Source: a virus (taxonomy: Duplodnaviria; Caudoviricetes). Taken from it: 24,944 nt of DNA. The DNA is taken from the IMG/VR virus record IMGVR_UViG_3300028589_000045, positions 1 to 24,944 of that record; one strand, given 5' to 3'. Below, one piece after another: positions 9,000 through 17,186 of this stretch. The notes beneath the pieces are model-generated. The model was not told the origin of the DNA and did no database searches. It saw only the letters and a list, made by a program, of their open reading frames with translations. The first letter of the stretch is position 1. The number at the start of each line of letters is the position of its first letter. Both the position numbers and the translations under genes were made by a program.

Positions 9000-9287
9000 C
9001 TACTGCCCCGCCGCCGTGGTTTCGAGCTTCGAGGCCGCGGCCTCCAGCCCTGCCTTCACCTCGTCGACCTCTTCCTGGGTCATCTGCGTGCCGATCTTGT
9101 CCTTCAGGGCCTGCAGGTCCGCCGCGATCTCGGTCGTCGCCGCGTCAACACGCTGAAGCAATGCTCTGAGATCATCGATCGCTGCCATGATTTTTTCTCC
9201 TTGTTTGACTAAAAGTCCGACCTGCTCAATCAAAAGTATGATTGCTGGACTCCAAAACTGCGACCATATCAATAAGAATCTGTTCAT
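9000..9287 (-). CDS. Coiled-coil protein (95 aa; alternative in-frame start at 9188)
   Basis: ATG 9287 has an AGAGGA RBS and ATG 9188 has an AAGGAG RBS; heptad-like 'IDDLRALLQRVDAATTEIAADLQALKDKI'. Confidence 0.65.
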   Translation of the reverse strand: MNRFLLIWSQFWSPAIILLIEQVGLLVKQGEKIMAAIDDLRALLQRVDAATTEIAADLQALKDKIGTQMTQEEVDEVKAGLEAAASKLETTAAGQ

Positions 9288-9343
9288 CGTCGTTTCCTCT
9301 GCGCCGAGGGGTCCCAGACCCTCCGGCCTCGAGGCGACTTCAA

Positions 9344-9727
9344 CTACAGGACGATCGTTGCCTTCTTCGAGGTCCTGTCGTCGACGTGCACGACGACCTC
9401 CGTCTCGCCGGACAGCCCGCCGGGCGTCTGCCCCGCGATGTACTCCGGGCCCCACTCCACGGTGTTCGCCTGGTGGGGGCCGAATTTCACCGTCCCGGAC
9501 TTCCCGAGGCCGGAGCCGCGGATGACGAACTTCCCTTTCGCGTTCGCCGTGACGGTGATCTCGGGCGGCGGGCCCGCCGTCTTCGCCTTTGACGCGGCCT
9601 CGACCGCCGCGTCCGCCACCTTCTTCACGGCGTCCGCCACGGAAGACGCCCCTTCGACCGCGGCGCGCTTCTCCGCCGCCGCGGCCTCCGGGGCCGTCAC
9701 TACCGCCGGTGTCGTGGTTGTGCCCAT
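9344..9727 (-). CDS. Ala-rich protein with C-terminal IPT/TIG-like Ig domain
   Basis: 'PPEIT...FVIRGSGLGKSGTVKFG...VEWGPEYIAGQTP...EVVV' matches the IPT/TIG pattern; AAGGAG RBS; immediately follows the major capsid gene. Confidence 0.7.
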   Translation of the reverse strand: MGTTTTPAVVTAPEAAAAEKRAAVEGASSVADAVKKVADAAVEAASKAKTAGPPPEITVTANAKGKFVIRGSGLGKSGTVKFGPHQANTVEWGPEYIAGQTPGGLSGETEVVVHVDDRTSKKATIVL

Positions 9728-9770
9728 CTTCTCTTTCTCCTTTCGAGGGGGAAGCTCGCTCCCCTTCCGT

Positions 9771-10871
9771 TTACGTGAGGGTCCCGATGCAGATCCCGCT
9801 GTTGCCGTCGTAGTCCGAGCGGACGCGCGGGATCATGATCGCCATGACCAGGTTGTGGATCGTGAAGCCGTCCAGCGACGTCCACGGGATGACCGTCGGG
9901 GTCTGCCCGACGACCATGTCGATGACGTCCGACGTCATCTGCACGAGCGCGACTTTGGTCGCCGGCAGGAGGTCCGCCACGCGGATCGCCTGAAGATTCT
10001 CGATCTTCAGGAGCCGTTGACGGATCGTCAGGCCCTGCGACGGGCTCGTCGCGTCGTAGTCGTTGTCAAGGGCGTTCCCGACAACAGTCGGCACGTACAA
10101 GCGGTACGGTCCGTACTTCTTGTTGTCCTGGAGCTTCTTGATCATCGCCATGGTCTGCGCGAAGACCGTGGCGCCGACCGGGACCGTCGACCACGCGGCG
10201 GCCGTCAGCGTCTCGGCCTCCGCGTTCGGCGCGTTCAGCAACCCGGGGGCCTGGTAGCCGGCGTCCTGGAGCGGCTGTCCGTCCAGCGTCGTCGCGCCGT
10301 TGATGGCCGCGTCCTCGATGGCCTCGTTCACGGCGCGTGTGCACTGCTTGACGATCGCCGTGTCGAGCGGCGTTCCGACGCGCTGAGACATCTTCAGCGT
10401 CCGGATGTCGATCTCGAACTGGTCGGTCGTCAGGTAGATCGGCAGGCGGTTCGGCGTCACGATGGGCATCTTGTTCTCACCCCTCGCCGACGGTGACATC
10501 GTCCTCTGCGCCGCGCCGATCTTGTTGATGGCGTTCCACTCGAGCTGGGCCACCGAGAGCGGGTCGGTCAGGTTGTACGTCAGGCCCGCCGCCATGATGT
10601 CGGCCGCGAACGTCAGGCGCTGGAGCCCGACTTCGACGACCGCCTGGTCGATGAGCACCTGCGCCTTGTCCTGCAGAGGACCGAGCGCCCTGAAGGCGAA
10701 CTCGTTCTCCACCGCCGCCATCATCTTGAAGCCGGGCCGCCGCATGGCCTCGATCGACCATCCGCCCGCTTCCTGAAGCGCCCGCATCACGACATTGGTG
10801 AGGGGAGACGTCCCCTTCCAATTCTCGTTGTTACCCGCCATGAATCTCATTTCCTTTGGCTGCGTTTCCAT
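9771..10871 (-). CDS. Major capsid protein, HK97 fold, encapsulin/linocin-M18-like
   Basis: 366 aa; 'LPIYLTTDQFEIDIRTL', 'PLDTA', 'PGLLNAPN', 'YGPYRLYVP', 'MIPRVRSD'; AAGGAG RBS; synteny after scaffold and decoration genes. Confidence 0.9.
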   Translation of the reverse strand: METQPKEMRFMAGNNENWKGTSPLTNVVMRALQEAGGWSIEAMRRPGFKMMAAVENEFAFRALGPLQDKAQVLIDQAVVEVGLQRLTFAADIMAAGLTYNLTDPLSVAQLEWNAINKIGAAQRTMSPSARGENKMPIVTPNRLPIYLTTDQFEIDIRTLKMSQRVGTPLDTAIVKQCTRAVNEAIEDAAINGATTLDGQPLQDAGYQAPGLLNAPNAEAETLTAAAWSTVPVGATVFAQTMAMIKKLQDNKKYGPYRLYVPTVVGNALDNDYDATSPSQGLTIRQRLLKIENLQAIRVADLLPATKVALVQMTSDVIDMVVGQTPTVIPWTSLDGFTIHNLVMAIMIPRVRSDYDGNSGICIGTLT

Positions 10872-10904
10872 TCGCGTTCTCCTTGTGGGCTAGAGGCCCC
10901 CGTG

Positions 10905-11339
10905 TTAGAGGACCTCGACGCGAATGCGCGTCAGGACCGTGACCGATGGTTTGTTCTCGAGCGCCGTGAACCGCGCGACGGTGGCACCCGACTTGAGCGT
11001 GCCGCCGCCGGCCGAGCCGAGCAGCGCGCCGGCCGCGATGTTCTGGCCCGACGCGATCAGGCCCCAGAACGTGGCGCCCTTGTGGCCGATGCTGACCTCG
11101 AGGAGGTCCGACGCGATGTAGTTGTCGTCGACCCCGCGGTTCGCCATCGCGTGCTCCGTGGCGATGGCCGGCGGCCCCGCGATGTCCGCCGTCGCCTTGC
11201 GCCACCGGATGATGCCGCCGTTGTTGAACTCCTCGACGAGCATGCCAGGAGTGATCGCTTCGCTGCAGGCAAGATCGCCGACTTGCGTGCGCTCGCCTCC
11301 CAGGAAGATCGTGTTCGGGTTGAGTCTCGTGATTGCCAT
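10905..11339 (-). CDS. Capsid decoration / cement protein
   Basis: 144 aa; 'EAITPGMLVE', 'GQNIAAGALLGSAGGGTLK' typical of the small gene upstream of the MCP. Confidence 0.75.
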   Translation of the reverse strand: MAITRLNPNTIFLGGERTQVGDLACSEAITPGMLVEEFNNGGIIRWRKATADIAGPPAIATEHAMANRGVDDNYIASDLLEVSIGHKGATFWGLIASGQNIAAGALLGSAGGGTLKSGATVARFTALENKPSVTVLTRIRVEVL

Positions 11340-11375
11340 GAAAGCCTCTCCTTTTGCTTGGCGCCTTCGCGCCGG

Positions 11376-11933
11376 TTACTGGGTTCTCTCTCGGAGGGCC
11401 TTCAGGCCCGACGCGTACGGGTCCGGCGGAACGTAGCTGTTACGATCCGTCGCATTCGGCTCGCGCGGCACGCCGCGTCCGCTGAAGTCAGGAACCTCGA
11501 CGCGAGCGTACGACGCGAGCGTCTTCAGTTCATCCGTCGACTTCTTCTTCAGGTCTTCCTCGCTGATCGCCCCGCAGTCCTTCAACTGCGACACGAGCGA
11601 CGCGCGGATCGTCGCTTCCTGGGCCTTCGCCGCCTCGATGATCGTCTTGTAAGGCGCCGGTGCCCGGGCCAGGAACTCATCTTCCGTCAGTTCCTGCTCC
11701 GACGTCTTGAGGCGCTCTTCGGCGATCTTCAGCCGCGCCGACACGTTGCGGTGGTCCGTCTCGAGCTTGGTTTTGGACGAGACCTCCACCTTGCGCGCCT
11801 CGCTGGCCGCCTGGAACTCGCCGAGCCGCGAGTCCGAGCACGCCTCGAGGATGATCTCATCGCCGTCCTTGAAACCGCTGTACTTGTCGGTCACCAAGGC
11901 AGCGATGACTTCTGCTCTTGTGGTCTTTTCCAT
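11376..11933 (-). CDS. Probable capsid scaffolding protein
   Basis: 185 aa, charged and helical; lies between the protease and decoration genes; AGGAG RBS. Confidence 0.65.
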   Translation of the reverse strand: MEKTTRAEVIAALVTDKYSGFKDGDEIILEACSDSRLGEFQAASEARKVEVSSKTKLETDHRNVSARLKIAEERLKTSEQELTEDEFLARAPAPYKTIIEAAKAQEATIRASLVSQLKDCGAISEEDLKKKSTDELKTLASYARVEVPDFSGRGVPREPNATDRNSYVPPDPYASGLKALRERTQ

Positions 11934-11951
11934 GGTTCATGTACTCCTGGT

Positions 11952-13811
11952 TTAGTGTTTCTGACAGCCGCACGTCGGTGCGGCCTTGTCGCCTGCTTGC
12001 TCCAAACTACGTCGCTTCTTCGCTGCCTCGATTGCTCTTTCCTGCTCCTCGGCCTCACCCTTGGTCTCGTGAGTGCCGAGCTTTCGAGTTCCGTCTTTCG
12101 TGTAGAGGTGCCACTTGCCGCCCTCGTGCCGAACCGTCGCCGTTCGAATTTCCGAGGCCGCCTTGCCTTCTGCCGTCGCGTACTTCTGAACGACCTCGAC
12201 CGGCTCTCCGACGAGCGTCACGCTGCCGTCTTTGGCGACGGTGTAAGAAACCGAGTAGAGTTTCTCCTTCAACTGGACGATGACGTAACTGTCGAAGACT
12301 TCGCGGACGTAGGCGTAGTCGGAAGAAACGATCGACGCGCCCCCGTTTCCCGGCCATTTCTTGCCGACCGCCTCGTTGATAGCTCTTTGGCGCTGCTCGA
12401 GGGACTGCTCCGACAACCCGGTCAATCGTGACGCCATCATCTTGTAGTTGTTGCGATCGCACTGCGCGCCCAGCTTCACCGCGTGATCATGGACTCCCTG
12501 GATGATCTCAGCATCCTTCATCGAGTTCCGGGCGCCGAGAAGGACGCGGAGGTCTTCGAAGGCTTCCGCGATGATCAGATCGGATGCTTCAACCACGTCG
12601 CACTCGAACGCGGCAAGGGCCTTCGGTTCAAGCCCTTTCAGGATCTTGTCCCAACGTTTCGGAGCGTTATACTGTGCTCGCTCCTTTTCACGCGTGAGTG
12701 CGAACCGAAAGTCCCTGATGGCTCGTTCCTTTGCCGAGATCTGACGCGCCGTCCGTTCCGGCATCGAGTTGAACGCCCTCGTAGCCTTGTCGAACAGCTT
12801 CCCAGCATCCGGGGGGTTTTCCAACGCGCCCTCGACGATATTTCTGGCGGCCAGGGCCGGACTCTTGTACATATCCTCTTCGGACATCGAGTGCGCTTCT
12901 TTGAGCGAAGAGGAAAACGACGACTTTAAGTCGTCTCTATCGTCTTCTGACGTCTTCCGTACAGTCCTGACAGTATACGTCCCATCCTTGTTGTATTCCA
13001 TCTCGTTTGAGACGTTCTTGCCCTGAGTGGTAGTCTGTCCCTGACCCATCTTTTCATAGTGCTCTCTTGCCTTCTTTTCCGAGGTGAATGTCTTCTCGAT
13101 CGTTTCAGTCTTACCACCACCACCGGACGGCGCACTGCCGCCTATCTCTCCCGGCCTCCCCTCATGCCCGTGATGACCAGACCCTGGCCCTCCAAGCGCC
13201 CGCGGCCCGCCTTCCTCGAGCGCGTAGAGCTGCGCCGCCCTATGCGACCCGCACCCCATCTCGAGCGAGCACGCCCCGCGCCCGCGCGGCAAGAACGCCA
13301 GGTGATCACCCTGCGCCTTACGCCAGGACTTTTTGTACTGACGACCGTTATGCTGCGCGCCGCCGTTCGCCGTCATGACGTGCGCGCCGACGCTGATCTC
13401 GGACGCCTTCCCGGCGCGTATCCGCGCGAGCAGCTCGTGCTCGCCGAGTTGCTCCAGCCTCTCGGGATCGGCCCAGGCCTCCATGCCGAGGCGCGTGCCG
13501 TTCATCGCCGAGTTGAAGACCTGCCCGAACGCCTGAAGCTCCATCACGCGCGGATCGTTTGCCGAAACCGGCCGCCCATTCTTCATGGGGTGTCCAACCA
13601 CCAGCGGTCGGCCGTTCCAGCTGTCGGCGGCCTCGGCCAGCGTCGCGGCCGGCACGAACTCCGGCTCGTCGGCGTTGACGGCGTGGATGATTCCCTCCAT
13701 CAGCGCGACGACGGGGAACACAAGGTAGTCCCTGCCGTTGAGCTTCTCAGTCCGCACCTGTCCGGCCGCGCCGAGGAGATGGAGGTGGCGGTCTTCAAGT
13801 GTTTCGCTCAT
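11952..13811 (-). CDS. DUF2213-type prohead protease with tagged insert and C-terminal accessory domains
   Basis: Start at 13811 (ATGA overlap with the MuF stop). N-terminal domain has 'WNGRPLVVGHP', 'SEISVG', 'DHLAFLPRGRGACSLEMGCG', followed by a repeat tag, a ~170-aa insert and further small domains. The protease role is inferred from family and position. Confidence 0.8.
   Translation of the reverse strand: MSETLEDRHLHLLGAAGQVRTEKLNGRDYLVFPVVALMEGIIHAVNADEPEFVPAATLAEAADSWNGRPLVVGHPMKNGRPVSANDPRVMELQAFGQVFNSAMNGTRLGMEAWADPERLEQLGEHELLARIRAGKASEISVGAHVMTANGGAQHNGRQYKKSWRKAQGDHLAFLPRGRGACSLEMGCGSHRAAQLYALEEGGPRALGGPGSGHHGHEGRPGEIGGSAPSGGGGKTETIEKTFTSEKKAREHYEKMGQGQTTTQGKNVSNEMEYNKDGTYTVRTVRKTSEDDRDDLKSSFSSSLKEAHSMSEEDMYKSPALAARNIVEGALENPPDAGKLFDKATRAFNSMPERTARQISAKERAIRDFRFALTREKERAQYNAPKRWDKILKGLEPKALAAFECDVVEASDLIIAEAFEDLRVLLGARNSMKDAEIIQGVHDHAVKLGAQCDRNNYKMMASRLTGLSEQSLEQRQRAINEAVGKKWPGNGGASIVSSDYAYVREVFDSYVIVQLKEKLYSVSYTVAKDGSVTLVGEPVEVVQKYATAEGKAASEIRTATVRHEGGKWHLYTKDGTRKLGTHETKGEAEEQERAIEAAKKRRSLEQAGDKAAPTCGCQKH
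13128..13196 (-). repeat. Peptide tag copy 9 (protease): LGGPGSGHHGHEGRPGEIGGSAP
   Basis: Direct translation; preceded by RA. Confidence 0.97.
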
Positions 13812-15868
13812 GATTTCAGCTCCTCTATGCACCTGCACCGCGGATGAAGCGGCGGCCCCTCGACGCTGTCGTGATAAAGCTCATCGAGCCCCACTTCCTC
13901 GCCGTCGTACTCGTCGCACTCCGGGCAAGCGTCGGGGAACGTCAACCAGCGGCGCTTCTCATCGCTGCCTAGAAACCCGCTTTCAACCTGTTCGTTCCAA
14001 GCTGCACGTTGACCGGCGTTAGCCGCCGCCATGACCTCGGTCTCGGCGATGGTCTGGGCGCGGGCGTCGTCACCCACGGCGTCCAGGATTTCATCGACGA
14101 GATCCTTCCACGCTTTACCCTTATCGCGTTCTTCAAAAGCATTTGCGATGGCCTCTGCAATTGCATCACGTGTAGTATCCGAAAGCCCTTTAGCTAACTT
14201 CGCCGCGTGCTTCTCCGCCCAGTCCTGAGCGTAAGAGGGATCGAAGAGTTTGGGAAGCTTCGCGCGCTTAGAGACATCGGCGCTCTTGCGGATGACGAGG
14301 TCGTCACCCGAGGCAAGCGTCTCAAGTTCGTCGTCTTTTTCGAATAAAATGGCAATGTACCGCGTGACGTACTCGTCACCGGATTCTAGTTGCTTCAATT
14401 TATCTGGATGAAGCATTTCATGACGGCCGATTCTTCCAACTCGAATGCTCTTGATCCACTCAGGCGGGATGCTCCCCTCGAACCTTTTCGCGCCAGTCAC
14501 GAAGGACAAGTTCTTGTCTCGCTTCAACTGTTCATTTGCGATTGACGCAGGGACTTGAATCTCTATCAAGGCAACGTCTAAGTCTCCGCTTTCAGGAGCT
14601 AGTTTTACTGCAGCCTGTCGCGCCCAGAACATCGCCTCGTTTTCCGAGGTGGCCACGTAGACGTTGCCCTTCTTCGACTGGCGGTAGACGTTGCCGGCCT
14701 TTCCGGAGTCTAACCCATGCTTCTTGATCGACTCGACGGCGGCGAGGGTCGTCCCGTGGAAGACGATCGCGGCAGACCCGCCCACCTCCCCGGGCCTGCC
14801 AGCATGACCAAAGTTCCCAGACCCGGGACCGCCCAGCGTCTTGAGCGTCCCCTTCCCGGCCTCCACGAACAGCTTTGACAAAACCCCCGGCAGCACATCC
14901 TCGAGCGCCGCCTTGACCGCGTCCGGCACCCCACGCATCGCGGCCTGGACGTCGCGGATGCCTTTTGCGCCTTGTAGCCTTTGCCTATCGACGGCCCGCC
15001 GCCCCGCGGCAAACGCATGCTCGACGGCGTTCTTGACGCGCGCGTGGTAACTGTCGGCGATCGCGTGGAGGGGACGCTCGCGGCGGGCCAAGATTCGATC
15101 ATCCTCGTCCGCGAACAGAACCCCGTACAGCGTCTCTGTCTTCTCAAGTGCGCGCCACTTGCCCGATTTTTGCATTCTTATAGAGGTGATCCATTCTGGC
15201 TTAACCTCTCGCAGACGAGTCGAGCGGTTCGGGTCAAGTTCATCCTTTTTGGTCTCGATTCCGACCGGCAGTCTTATCTCGAGGATGACCGGATGTCCTC
15301 TGGTTACTTCGGCAGCCCGCTTCGCGTAAGCAGTGGCCTCGTTTCTGGTAAACGCGACATAGACCGAAGCCTTGCGGCCAGCGATCTCGTAGTTCACGCT
15401 GTCCGACAGCCCGTTGTTCAACGCCCAAGAGTCGTTACCGGGACCAGCTAACGGCTTCAAGCCTTCCTTCTTGATCGCATCTACCGCCGCTGAAGACGTG
15501 CCGTGCCAGACGGTGATCTCCTCACGCAAGGCGTAAGCTGGCTCGTTGGCGCGTGACTCGAGGTCATCTCTCCGAGCCTGTGGACTCTCATCATAGGCCG
15601 CCTTTTCTTTCGGAGAAAGTTGTTGATATTCCTTCGTCTGCCAGTAACGTTTGCCCTCGGCCTTTCCCGGCCAGTCGCGACTGACTGTACCTTCGGCCCA
15701 TCCTCCGGGTGCACTGCCACCTACCTCCCCAGGTCTACCAGCATGTCCGAAATTGCCGGAGCCGGGCCCTCCAAGCCCTCGTGCCTCAAACAACAGCAGG
15801 TCAGACATCTTGTCCGGCGTCCGCTTCGGCCAGTCGGCGTTCTCGATGAGGGCGTCGATGTTAATCAA
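13808..15868 (-). CDS. MuF / SPP1 gp7-like minor head protein carrying two tagged HGT-type ART-fold domains
   Basis: C-terminal MuF signature 'RAQTIAETE...KRRW...CPEC...DGEEV...GPPLHPRCRC'; two tags, each followed by an [WF]HGT...IKK.GL...VYVA...PEWI domain. Confidence 0.88.
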   Translation of the reverse strand: MINIDALIENADWPKRTPDKMSDLLLFEARGLGGPGSGNFGHAGRPGEVGGSAPGGWAEGTVSRDWPGKAEGKRYWQTKEYQQLSPKEKAAYDESPQARRDDLESRANEPAYALREEITVWHGTSSAAVDAIKKEGLKPLAGPGNDSWALNNGLSDSVNYEIAGRKASVYVAFTRNEATAYAKRAAEVTRGHPVILEIRLPVGIETKKDELDPNRSTRLREVKPEWITSIRMQKSGKWRALEKTETLYGVLFADEDDRILARRERPLHAIADSYHARVKNAVEHAFAAGRRAVDRQRLQGAKGIRDVQAAMRGVPDAVKAALEDVLPGVLSKLFVEAGKGTLKTLGGPGSGNFGHAGRPGEVGGSAAIVFHGTTLAAVESIKKHGLDSGKAGNVYRQSKKGNVYVATSENEAMFWARQAAVKLAPESGDLDVALIEIQVPASIANEQLKRDKNLSFVTGAKRFEGSIPPEWIKSIRVGRIGRHEMLHPDKLKQLESGDEYVTRYIAILFEKDDELETLASGDDLVIRKSADVSKRAKLPKLFDPSYAQDWAEKHAAKLAKGLSDTTRDAIAEAIANAFEERDKGKAWKDLVDEILDAVGDDARAQTIAETEVMAAANAGQRAAWNEQVESGFLGSDEKRRWLTFPDACPECDEYDGEEVGLDELYHDSVEGPPLHPRCRCIEELKS
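14768..14836 (-). repeat. Peptide tag copy 8 (inside MuF): LGGPGSGNFGHAGRPGEVGGSAA
   Basis: Direct translation; preceded by KT. Confidence 0.97.
15707..15775 (-). repeat. Peptide tag copy 7 (MuF): LGGPGSGNFGHAGRPGEVGGSAP
   Basis: Direct translation; preceded by RG. Confidence 0.97.
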
Positions 15869-17186
15869 TCAGCCCTCCTCTCGAGACGACGTTCACGGAA
15901 AGCTTCCCGCCGAGCATCAAGACCTCGGCTTCCTTCAGGCAGCCGCGCCCAGTGACGGCGGTGCTCAGTATCTTGCCTACGGGAACCCGCGCCGCGAGGA
16001 CGAAGGACGGTCCCCGCATGTAATGATTGTCGGCGAAGCTCTGCGCGACGGATTGGTCGGTAGTCCACGACGATGCTGGCTGCATCGTCACCTTCTGCGT
16101 CGAGCCTACCTTCAGTCCTGGGTCGCTCGCGAAGCTCTGCCCTCGATAGACGGTCACCTCGCTGATGCCGCGCTCCTTAAACCAGGCCTGGGTATGCTCG
16201 TATTCCGTACGGTTGTAAGCCCGGTCGATGTCATACTCCTGTTGGTTTGTTTGGTAGTAGGCCAGGTCTGTAGAGTGATATTCCATGTGGTCCATGGCAG
16301 CATCGTGAAGCAGGAACTCGTCCCTGATTGCCTGCTGCATCGATATAGCCTCTACATGAGAATCCCCAGACGTCGTCGCCCATCTATCAAGCCTGTCCTG
16401 GACAGCCGCCTCCGCCACATCGCGGTAACTGTTTGTGAAGCCGCTGTACTTCGTCCCAGTTAGCTCAGGGACGCGCGCCGCTAGATCTTTCGACAACGTC
16501 TTGACAACATACTCCTTGACCGTACCACGCTCGGCCGGTGCCGCGTGCGTGGGCCCGCCGTCTCGGAGGGGTGACAGCCCTTCGCCAGTCAACAAACCCT
16601 TCGCCTTGAGAATCTCTAAAGCCTGGTCGGTAATAGCTTTCTCGAGCGCGGCCCGCGTCTCTTCTGAGGGGGCCGAACCCCCGACTTCTCCTGGTCTGCC
16701 GGCATGACCGAAATGCCCAGATCCAGGCCCTCCCAGCACCCTCGGATCGGGCACCACAAGGTTCCACCGCCCGGCGTCGTAATACAACTGCTCTTTCAGC
16801 GTCACGCCCTCGCGCGCGAAGAAACCCTCAACTGCATGGTAATCATCCAGGTCAGGCTTCTCGTCCCACTTGACGCGGCCGTTCGAGTAACGAAAGCGCT
16901 GGCTGGCAAACCGCTTCTCGCCGAACAGTTGGTCGTGGTCGTTAAACTTCTCGGTCGAGTTCAGGACCTGAACGTCTCCCTGCACGCCTATGATGCCGAG
17001 GGCCGGCTTGCTGACGTCGAGCGTGCGATCGAAGAGTCCCGAGGGTGCGGAGCCGCCCACCTCCCCCGGCCTGCCAGCGTGCCCGTGATGACCAGAGCCG
17101 GGGCCGCCGAGGGTCCTGATCTTTCGACGCTGCCGCCTGATGAACACCACCCCGTCGGCCGGCTGGACGTATCGCTCGACGTTCAT
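15861..17186 (-). CDS. Two-module protein: tag + unknown domain, tag + R-S-E ADP-ribosyltransferase-like domain
   Basis: 441 aa; second module has 'VTVYRG', 'ASSWTT', 'KEAEVL'. Confidence 0.8.
   Translation of the reverse strand: MNVERYVQPADGVVFIRRQRRKIRTLGGPGSGHHGHAGRPGEVGGSAPSGLFDRTLDVSKPALGIIGVQGDVQVLNSTEKFNDHDQLFGEKRFASQRFRYSNGRVKWDEKPDLDDYHAVEGFFAREGVTLKEQLYYDAGRWNLVVPDPRVLGGPGSGHFGHAGRPGEVGGSAPSEETRAALEKAITDQALEILKAKGLLTGEGLSPLRDGGPTHAAPAERGTVKEYVVKTLSKDLAARVPELTGTKYSGFTNSYRDVAEAAVQDRLDRWATTSGDSHVEAISMQQAIRDEFLLHDAAMDHMEYHSTDLAYYQTNQQEYDIDRAYNRTEYEHTQAWFKERGISEVTVYRGQSFASDPGLKVGSTQKVTMQPASSWTTDQSVAQSFADNHYMRGPSFVLAARVPVGKILSTAVTGRGCLKEAEVLMLGGKLSVNVVSRGGLID
16668..16736 (-). repeat. 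Peptide tag copy 6: LGGPGSGHFGHAGRPGEVGGSAP
   Basis: Direct translation; preceded by RV. Confidence 0.97.
17043..17111 (-). repeat. Peptide tag copy 5: LGGPGSGHHGHAGRPGEVGGSAP
   Basis: Direct translation; preceded by RT. Confidence 0.97.

Noticed and set aside
9301-9327. Hairpin after the Ig-domain gene as an intrinsic terminator (similar weak hairpin at ~22970-22992)
   Set aside because: Imperfect stems without a U-tract; not supportable as terminators.
9771-10871. Cellular encapsulin nanocompartment operon
   Set aside because: Terminase, portal, head-tail and tail genes show this is a phage capsid gene.
12615-14836. Inserts in MuF and protease as inteins
   Set aside because: No N-terminal Cys/Ser block, no C-terminal His-Asn followed by Cys/Ser/Thr, and no HINT or LAGLIDADG motifs.
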